The notes under the pieces are model-generated. The model was not told the DNA's origin. It ran no database searches and saw only the letters and a program-made list of their open reading frames with translations. A program made the position numbers and the translations under genes. A DNA stretch of 64,000 bases, from positions 5,098,171 to 5,162,170 of the forward strand of contig OZ316893.1 in NCBI GenBank assembly GCA_973895155.1, read 5' to 3'. This document shows, piece by piece, positions 61,922 through 64,000 of the stretch; the stretch's first letter is position 1, and every line of letters starts with the position of its first letter. This DNA is from Marsupella aquatica. Taxonomy: Eukaryota; Plantae; Marchantiophyta.

Positions 61922-64000
61922 TGTTGGGTATTTACTCTTACGTCTAGGTTAGGTATGACGTGGTTGGTACAACAACGTGGGTTGGTACAACTATGTGATT
62001 AGGTACAACTAAGTTGCACACTATATCATAAGAGGCATGTGTGCTTGGAGAGGTAGAACCAAGGCTCATTGTTATGGAGCCACTTGAGAGATAGGGAGAG
62101 CTTACACTGTGGAGACTCGGTATAGCCGACGGGCTTAGAGTTCAGTAAAGCTCTCTTGTGTGTTCCCGTGGACGTAGCCTCAAGGAGGTGAACCACGTAT
62201 CTCTTGTGTCGACTATTGTGCGTTGGATGGTTCATGGGCTTGCCGTTGCGATCGTCGTCTATACTCAACAATTGGTATCAGAGCATGCTTGGGAGGTGAC
62301 GTGTGTTCGTGACGGGATTTCATGATGGTTTTTCCAGCATTGAGTGTCGGTGGATTTCCCGGAGTTCCATCGCATGGAACTTGGAGTTTATGGGCTCAAC
62401 GGATAGATCGGGGCAAGAGCTTTCTAACGGTGTGAAGAAATCGCTGAACGGAGCTCGTGGTGCAGAGAGATCTAAGTTTTTGTCATTCTGGATTTTGTGA
62501 AGAAAGTTGGCAACATTCGTGTTCGACGGTTTTTTCGGAGGAGGGACCAGAGTTTGTTTTCTCGACGGTGTGAGCTCTACGGCGAAGGAGGCATCGCATG
62601 CTGTAGCTCTGCTTGTAGATCGGGATGAGCTGTTTGTTTTGGTAGCTGATTTGTTACCAAGTGAGTACCGTGTGCGATGGGACGAGCAAAAGAAACATTC
62701 TGATTTTCTGACCGGCTATGGAGTCCTCTTTTGCCTGATCGGGGTTTCTTGTCGTGACAATCAATTCAGAGGGAGAAGCGTCAAGTGTTTTGACTCAACG
62801 GAGAGATTGAGGCAAGACGATTGTTTTGAGTCCGGGATTGGCTCTTTGATGCAAAGAGGAAGGCTAAGCAAAATCAATTACGCTGTTGGACTTGGTGACG
62901 GCACCAAGTGCAATTGATCAACATTCGTTGTTAACAAGCCATTGAAGTTGGCAACGCGGCGCACCAATCACATTGCAATTCGGACGACGGGTTGTACTTG
63001 GTATTTCGGTTATTCCCTGAGGTGGTCAAAACGGGGGAGTTTCCCAAGGTTTTACCCACCTCGACCAAAATTTGGATAACTTTTCCGTCAAATTTCGATT
63101 TTGATTTTGGTTTTTCAGTATTGGACTCCTAGCTTTATGGGCTACGCGGCGGTGTTGAGTTTCGAGTTTTTTGAGAAGTTGTGAAAAATGACATTTTTTG
63201 TGATTTTCTCATATGAGTGATTTGGAGGAGTTTTTTGAAGACGTGGAACTTGAAGCACGAGGATCACCGCGGAGGTTTCAGGGGCAGAGAGAGGAGCAGG
63301 AGGAAGAGCACGTGACACCGATACCAACGCCGGTGCGGCGTGTGGTGGAGGAAGCAGTACTACTACCGGAGCTCACGGTAGTGCCAAAGAAGAAGATGGG
63401 GACTTTCAAGCTTGGGGGACCCAAGTATGAAGTGACAAAATATGATGGGCGCTCTGACTACTTGCTATGGGAGAAGCAAGTGAAGGGAGTGCTCTATGCG
63501 TCAGGGATGGGCCAACTGCTGAGCCCTCGTGAAGACGATGTTGATGAGAAACAATGGGACCGCATGCAGGAGCAGGGAGTGTGGTGTGTTACACTCTATC
63601 TCATGCCTCCCATCATACCATTTCATACAATGACGTGGTAAGTTCTCTGCTTAGTGATGATCTTCAGCAGAAGATGCACATCACGTCACAGCCTTCATCA
63701 TCTGGTGCTGCCCTCAATGTTAACCGTGGGAGGAGTATGCAGCGACCAACTGGGGACCGTAGAACCCAGTTTAGATCTAAATCCAGATCTAAGTCCAAGG
63801 GTAAATCCCCTCAGAGGAGGCAGGTGACATGTTGGAAGTGCAACCAAGTTGGACACTTCAAGCGAGACTGTAAGGGAAAGGCAGCAAAAACTTCATCGGC
63901 AAATGTGGCTAGGGCTGATGGAGAAGCTGATTTACTCAATGATGAGTATGTTTTATAAAGTCGAGGGTATGCCCTATGCACATCATCTAGGAGAGCAGAT
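61922..64000 (+). mobile_element. Ty1/copia copy 2 (same family), cut by the window end; gag frameshifted by a 295-bp deletion
   Basis: LTR 61922-62270 (349 bp, 3 array units); PBS 62273-62284; gag 63213-63958 nearly identical to copy 1 but lacking the equivalent of 6382-6676; expected TSD CACAT (61917-61921). Confidence 0.97.

Overview
Nuclear DNA of a land plant; a non-seed plant such as a liverwort is my inference from gene and TE style only. The window is gene-sparse and TE-rich. It holds four apparently intact genes: a multi-exon SDR/carbonyl reductase (+), an intronless WUN1/WI12 gene (-) with no in-frame AUG before its conserved N-terminus, a two-exon probable mitoribosomal protein gene (-) and a COPT/Ctr copper transporter (+). 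It also has an intronless, deletion-riddled UXS pseudogene. Mobile DNA: two copies of one Ty1/copia family (one complete with TSD, one cut by the window end), a 5'-truncated L1, a 174-bp LINE tail, a decayed CRE-like element inserted in a Myb-like Harbinger-type ORF remnant, a Mutator-like foldback MITE, and probable CACTA, Helitron and solo-LTR remnants. The best leads are: (1) 14 GTAC (SBP/SPL copper-response core) motifs in 291 bp beside an apparently spliced, ORF-less transcript converging on COPT; (2) a copy-number-variable GTAC+ACGTG array (9/5/3 units) in the copia LTRs; (3) an in-frame gag/pol stop present in both copia copies (TGA vs TAA) followed by a stem-loop; (4) probable CUG initiation of WUN1. 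All are hypotheses read from the sequence; no searches were run.
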